Below are positions 59,206 through 64,000 of a stretch of 64,000 bases of DNA, piece after piece. The stretch is from NCBI GenBank assembly GCA_965217865.1, contig CBDCJO010000002.1, positions 2,848,001 to 2,912,000 on the forward strand. Direction: 5' to 3'. The notes below the pieces were generated by a model, which was given only the letters and a program-made list of their open reading frames with translations, ran no database searches and was not told where the DNA came from. The position numbers and the translations under genes were made by a program. The DNA comes from Candidatus Latescibacterota bacterium (GTDB lineage Bacteria > Latescibacterota > UBA2968 > SICM01). Position 1 is the first letter of the stretch. The number at the start of each line of letters is the position of its first letter.

Positions 59206-60984
59206 TTATAATTTGGAAACGACTTTCTTAAAATGGACGGGCCCTCCGGGACTTTCCTTATCCATATCCCAATAAAATGTCCTGTCCGCTTTCCCGTTTT
59301 CAGGTTCTTTTTCCTCAAAACCCTGCTTTGCAAAGAAAAATTCTGCCTGTCCATTTTTTTTCGTCGCATAAAATTCACCCACTGCCAATTTGCATCCTTT
59401 CCCCCCCGTAAACTTCAAGACCTCTGCCATAAACGTGGCCTCCACCCCACGCCCCAGGACACGGCACGATAGGAGAAAGCTGTCAAAAAGGACAACCCCT
59501 TCCTCATATTTTAAGATGCAAACCCCCACCGTTCCATAATCTCCGAATCGGTCTGCGAGCTTGAGAGTGATAACATCCGAATCCCCTCCCTCAACAAAAC
59601 CTTTAATATCCGCTTCGCTGTATCGTTTTGTGGTGAGGTTGAACTGATTGGTCTTCTGGGTCAGTTGCGCAATTCGGGGGATGGAAAAGTCATCTGCGAT
59701 ACGGATTTCAACAACCATCTCGAGAGAATGATAATATTTTTCAAGGTCTTCTACGCGGCTCTTCAAATCTTTCCGTTGGCCTTCTGCTCTGTACATAGAT
59801 CCTCTCTTCCGATCTTCCGGAGAAACCACAAGAGAATCGAACAATCCGCTGGAAGATAACAGATCCGCGTATGTTCCAGGCGCTTCTTTGGGAAGATGAA
59901 TACACGTGACTTCAGGGATCAGATTTCTTACGAGGTTTATCTCGAACGCACTATCGTCTGAGAATACCATGCTGTCTAAACCGATATTCAAATCGAGAGC
60001 AATCCTGCGAAGATTCGTGGCCTTATCCTCCCAGTTGATTTGTGCCGAAGCGATTTGCTCCCTCTTAAGAACCATATCCGGATGCCTGCGGAAGACATCC
60101 CAAACATCTTCTTCATTGTTTTTGCTGCACAGGGCGAGGATTATACCCCGGTTATACAGGTTCACGGCCTCATTCTGAAATTCACAATACGCAGAACCGG
60201 GGTAGGTCTTCCCCAGTTTGATCTTTTCTGTCCCGTCTTCGCCGATGATACCTCCCCACAATGCATTATCGCAATCAAGAACCAGACATTTCTTGTTTTT
60301 TCCGTTGAGTGCACGGATAAATTTAAAGTTCTCTAGGGCGATCTCCTTCAAGGCCTCCCTTGTGTATGGGGCCCGACCGATGTGCCAATAGCGAAGATCG
60401 AAATATTTCTTTTTTCCCAACCTCATCAGGCATAGATTCAGATTAACAAAATAGGCATTGCCCTGTTCGCTGAGCTTCCGTTTCGCAAAGTTATTCAATT
60501 CCTCCACGATACCGGACTGACCCTGAGGGTCCTGGCTGTCTAAAATCCCTCGAGACGGACTGGAGGGCTGCTCAAACCCGTTCCACAGTAAAGCGGCTTT
60601 TGTCCGCGATCGAATTCCACAAACGACTCCGGATATGAAGTCCTTTACCGTCTCGACTTCCGCCTGAATCTCTTGGGGTTTCAGGGAGGCAAAATTCCGG
60701 GCAATCCGCGGGGACAGCGTGTCCAATTTCACAAAAACAAGGACGATGTCCGCCCCTTCCCCCAATAGGTACTTCCCTTCGCCCACAGCCTCCTGAAAAA
60801 CGTTGTCGTATTCTCCGAATTCAACCTTGGCCTTGAACCCCATTTGAAGTGCAAAATACCGTAAATACGGCTCCATAGGCTCAATCGTGACATTCCGAAG
60901 AATCGATATGCCCAAACCCGGCAAGGAAGATATATCTCGAGTATTCAGGTAATCTTGAATCTGTGAATAGGATATTTCGGACAT
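59206..60984 (-). CDS. FkbH-like HAD-IIIC phosphatase
   Basis: KCLVLDCDNALWGG, CSKNN, INWEDK, QKTNQFNLT, DRFGDYG, LSCRVLGR. Confidence 0.93.
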   Translation of the reverse strand: MSEISYSQIQDYLNTRDISSLPGLGISILRNVTIEPMEPYLRYFALQMGFKAKVEFGEYDNVFQEAVGEGKYLLGEGADIVLVFVKLDTLSPRIARNFASLKPQEIQAEVETVKDFISGVVCGIRSRTKAALLWNGFEQPSSPSRGILDSQDPQGQSGIVEELNNFAKRKLSEQGNAYFVNLNLCLMRLGKKKYFDLRYWHIGRAPYTREALKEIALENFKFIRALNGKNKKCLVLDCDNALWGGIIGEDGTEKIKLGKTYPGSAYCEFQNEAVNLYNRGIILALCSKNNEEDVWDVFRRHPDMVLKREQIASAQINWEDKATNLRRIALDLNIGLDSMVFSDDSAFEINLVRNLIPEVTCIHLPKEAPGTYADLLSSSGLFDSLVVSPEDRKRGSMYRAEGQRKDLKSRVEDLEKYYHSLEMVVEIRIADDFSIPRIAQLTQKTNQFNLTTKRYSEADIKGFVEGGDSDVITLKLADRFGDYGTVGVCILKYEEGVVLFDSFLLSCRVLGRGVEATFMAEVLKFTGGKGCKLAVGEFYATKKNGQAEFFFAKQGFEEKEPENGKADRTFYWDMDKESPGGPVHFKKVVSKL

Positions 60985-61004
60985 CCACGCTCCGAATAAA
61001 GAAT

Positions 61005-62186
61005 CTATCCCATGATCATCCCACCGCATACGCGGAAATTTTGTCCTGTAATAAAACTCGCCTTCTCGCTGAACAAAAACGCGACCGTGGAGGCAACATC
61101 CTCAGGGGTGGCCAACCTTCGCAACGGTGTTTGCATTTTAGCGACCATCTTAACCTTTTCGGGAACGTTCGCAATCAAATCCGTTTGAGTCATTCCAGGG
61201 GAAACACAATTGATCCGAATCCCTTTGGGGCCATATTCCGCGGCCAGCGATTTGGTAAATGTAACCAGAGCCGATTTGACGGTATTGTAAGGCATCCATT
61301 TTACGGGGGGGACATTGTCCGCAGCGATACTCCCGATATTAACGATGGCCCCCCTGGTTTGCTCAACCATACGCGGCAAGGCGGCCTGGCAAAGGTTAAA
61401 AGCACCTTTGATCTGAACGTCGATATGTCTTTGAAATTCATCCCATGAGGTTTCGGAGAAATCCATATTGTTGATCGAAGCCGAGGCATTGTTCACAACA
61501 CCTGTTATCACTTTGAATTCTTTTACGGTTAAATCAACCATCTCCTGCACGGCCGCCCTATCCGCCACATCAGCCTGGAATGGAATGGCCTGACCACCGG
61601 CTTCCTGAATCCCGGCCACAACATTTTTTGCTTGAGTTTCATTCTGATAATAGTTTACAATCACAGGGTACCCGAGGTTTGCAAGTTCCCTGGCAATGGC
61701 CGCCCCGATACCCCTGCTGGCTCCTGAAACTACGATCGCCCCGTATTCAGTCTCTCCCATACTGGAGGCCTTTCCTTTGGGTTTTTGTAATACTTTGACC
61801 TTGGCTTCGCCCTCGATCAGACGGTTCCCATCCTCGTTAAATATAACCGTGTCCAAAACCACGACTCTTTGAGCGGGGGATTTTTGTTTAACCTTTGCCC
61901 ATACGCGAATCTGCTCCCCAATTCCCACGGGCTCCAGGAAACGGATCTGTTGTTCATACCAGAGGGAACCCTCCCCCGGCAATTTGGTCCCGATCATTGT
62001 TGAAATAAAAGATGCTGTCAGCATCCCGTGCACAATACTTTTTTTGCCCGCATACCGACCTCCCATATGAACGGGATTTGTATCTCCGGTAAGGTCGACG
62101 AAAGACGATACATCCTGGGCCGTGATCGTATGGAATATCTCGGCTTCATCGCCGATCTGGATCTCCTCGAATCTGTCCTCGGTCAT
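61005..62186 (-). CDS. MaoC-like dehydratase fused to FabG-like SDR
   Basis: TGDTNPVH, VHGMLTASFIS, LPGEG; then SGASRGIG, NNA, YNTVK. Confidence 0.9.
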   Translation of the reverse strand: MTEDRFEEIQIGDEAEIFHTITAQDVSSFVDLTGDTNPVHMGGRYAGKKSIVHGMLTASFISTMIGTKLPGEGSLWYEQQIRFLEPVGIGEQIRVWAKVKQKSPAQRVVVLDTVIFNEDGNRLIEGEAKVKVLQKPKGKASSMGETEYGAIVVSGASRGIGAAIARELANLGYPVIVNYYQNETQAKNVVAGIQEAGGQAIPFQADVADRAAVQEMVDLTVKEFKVITGVVNNASASINNMDFSETSWDEFQRHIDVQIKGAFNLCQAALPRMVEQTRGAIVNIGSIAADNVPPVKWMPYNTVKSALVTFTKSLAAEYGPKGIRINCVSPGMTQTDLIANVPEKVKMVAKMQTPLRRLATPEDVASTVAFLFSEKASFITGQNFRVCGGMIMG

Positions 62187-62219
62187 ACGGTATGCCGTTT
62201 AAAGTCAGCCATAAAGGCC

Positions 62220-62846
62220 TTACGCGCGATCTTCACCGCGGTCCGGTGTGGAGTCATCTCCTAAGCGACTTCTGGAATACGTTACCCGGGCAGGATTCCC
62301 ACAGTAAGTTGCGCCCTTCTTAAGGGTGCCGCTAACGACGGCCCCGGGCAGGACCAGGACCTCCTTTTGGATCACGGTTCCTTTGTTGATGATGCAACCC
62401 CACAGGACGACCGAATCATTAGCGATCTCGACAGGAGCCCTTTCCGGTGGATATTTTTTGGAAAGGCAACTGTCCCCCAAATTGATGTGGGTGTTGATCT
62501 TCACCGCCATTCCAACCGCACATCGATTCCCGATTTTTACCGTGTCCGTCAAATCGATGATACATGACTTTCCTATAAACACATCATCACCAATCTCAAG
62601 ATTTTTAAAATTTCCTTTCGATTCGTGTAATATAAGATACCGGTGTATCCTTACATTTCTACCGATTGCTGCCCCTCCCATTTTTAGCACGATATCGGGA
62701 AATAAACTGTCACACAAAACCGAAGCCAAACCCTCATCTCCGATCAGAATCCTCAAAACTTTCCACTTAACAAAGTAGAATACATAAAAAATACAGCGAA
62801 TAATTCTACTGCGAGCGCCTGCAATTTTGTTTTTAATATAGGGCAT
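62220..62846 (-). CDS. Hexapeptide-repeat acyltransferase
   Basis: IGRNVRI, IGDDVFIG, IGNRCAVG, GAVV, GNPAR. Confidence 0.85.
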   Translation of the reverse strand: MPYIKNKIAGARSRIIRCIFYVFYFVKWKVLRILIGDEGLASVLCDSLFPDIVLKMGGAAIGRNVRIHRYLILHESKGNFKNLEIGDDVFIGKSCIIDLTDTVKIGNRCAVGMAVKINTHINLGDSCLSKKYPPERAPVEIANDSVVLWGCIINKGTVIQKEVLVLPGAVVSGTLKKGATYCGNPARVTYSRSRLGDDSTPDRGEDRA

Positions 62847-63050
62847 GAGCCTGCTTTTTCTCCTGCATGAATAAGACGATGTTCAGAAGCTTTTCCAGGC
62901 AAGTGCATCAGAAGAAAAAAGGGGATAAATATGCATTGAATTTGGCAACCCCCCCGGAATATACGGATACCGGGATACCCGCGCAACTCGCCAGATCCCG
63001 AAAAAAGGCCACATAGAGATCCTGTTCCGCATCGAACCCAAGGAGGATTT

Positions 63051-64000
63051 GTGATTTCACGTCGAGAAAGGCTCTTCTCATCCCTGGACGCCATTGGCGC
63101 AGACGCTTTTGTGGCAACCGCCCGCCCCAACCAGCTCTACTTGCTGGATCACCCGGATCCCAGCGTCGTCATCTCCCGGCCAAAATGCAGCTTCATCCTC
63201 ATCACGGCCGGAGACACCGTGGTCTTCCCCGGCATCTGGATGTCCAATGCCTGTCGGGACCTTTTGACCCGCTGTGAAGTCGTGACGAACCAGATCGGCG
63301 ACCCCACCCCTGAGGCCCAACTGGCCGAGCGACTCACGCGGATGTCACTCCGAAAAATCGCATTCGATGGTCTGGACCCGGACCTGAAAAGCCTCCTGGA
63401 TCGGGAGCTCGTCGGGACGGAGATTGTCGAAAACGATGTTGCCACCGAAGTTCGCCGGGAAAAAGACTATCAAGACTTGCAGAGGATGCGAGAGGCCGCG
63501 AGGGTATCCGACCTCGGAATGCTGGCCGCCTTCCGGTCGATCCGCCCGGGTGTCACCAACCTGGACGTGACCGCAGAAGGGGTTTCCGCAATGCTTCGGG
63601 CGGGGGCCGAAAGCGCCAGCATGGCCGTCGTAAGCGGTCCGGGCACCTTCTATCTGGACAGTGGGGAGGATCGGAGAAGGGTGATTCAAGAGGGAGAAAT
63701 GATCTTCATCGACATGGGTATATCCGTTCACGGTTATATCGGGGATCAGACACGGGCGGGGATAGTCGGGGAAGGAAATCCTGAACAGAAAGATCTCCTG
63801 GCGACCGTGCAGCAGGCCTACCGAATCGCCAGTCAGGGGTTGAAACCAGGTGCCAGCGCTGCCTCAATCTACCAGTCCGTCGTCGATCTCTATGACCGGA
63901 AGGGTTGGGCGCCTTTTTTCGTCCACCACATCAGCCACGGCCTGGGGCTCGGCGGCGATCTCCCCGGGGTTGCCGCCGGGGTCGAGGAAACGTTGAGGGC
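63051..64000 (+). CDS. Xaa-Pro peptidase, M24 family (runs off window edge)
   Basis: AGGAGG + GTG 63051; manual translation MREAARVSD, IFIDMG, GYIGDQTR, HHISHGLGL. Confidence 0.88.
   Translation, partial: MISRRERLFSSLDAIGADAFVATARPNQLYLLDHPDPSVVISRPKCSFILITAGDTVVFPGIWMSNACRDLLTRCEVVTNQIGDPTPEAQLAERLTRMSLRKIAFDGLDPDLKSLLDRELVGTEIVENDVATEVRREKDYQDLQRMREAARVSDLGMLAAFRSIRPGVTNLDVTAEGVSAMLRAGAESASMAVVSGPGTFYLDSGEDRRRVIQEGEMIFIDMGISVHGYIGDQTRAGIVGEGNPEQKDLLATVQQAYRIASQGLKPGASAASIYQSVVDLYDRKGWAPFFVHHISHGLGLGGDLPGVAAGVEETLR

Noticed and set aside
1-64000. CRISPR array, cas genes, rRNA or tRNA genes
   Set aside because: No regular repeat-spacer pattern or recognisable RNA gene seen by eye; the repeated motifs at 31.8-32.9 kb are attC sites

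Overview
Bacterial chromosomal window of moderately high GC. The gene mix (PorV-like protein, Gfo/Idh/MocA, PhyH, SMP-30, sodium:solute symporter, flagellar genes) suggests an environmental Gram-negative, possibly FCB/Latescibacterota-like; this placement is inference only. Core genes include proA/proB, a DAHP synthase, hisF, fliL, M14/M32/M16/M50/M24 peptidases, an RluA-family synthase, coxD/coxE/xdhC-like genes, acnA, a TrmH-family methylase, a ccm operon, flgM, lolA, HIT, prfB with its programmed frameshift, and an ACP/FkbH/MaoC-SDR/acyltransferase cluster. Accessory parts: (1) an IS1380 element splitting an oxidoreductase, itself interrupted by a 232-bp IS1595-type MITE; (2) a decaying sigma54 two-component locus; (3) an integrase-less three-cassette integron array whose outer attC sites are each broken by an IS110-family remnant. 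The right remnant keeps a ~500-nt non-coding end with two tandem loops that spell attC R''-like targets (candidate multi-target bridge RNA) and is fused in frame to flaG. (4) Two flagellins, one behind a sigma54 promoter and one behind sigma28. A second sigma28 promoter sits in front of a self-complementary ~165-nt segment carrying a perfect 20-nt antisense copy of the flagellin RBS and start codon (candidate sRNA or invertible switch). All motif calls were made by eye, without database searches.
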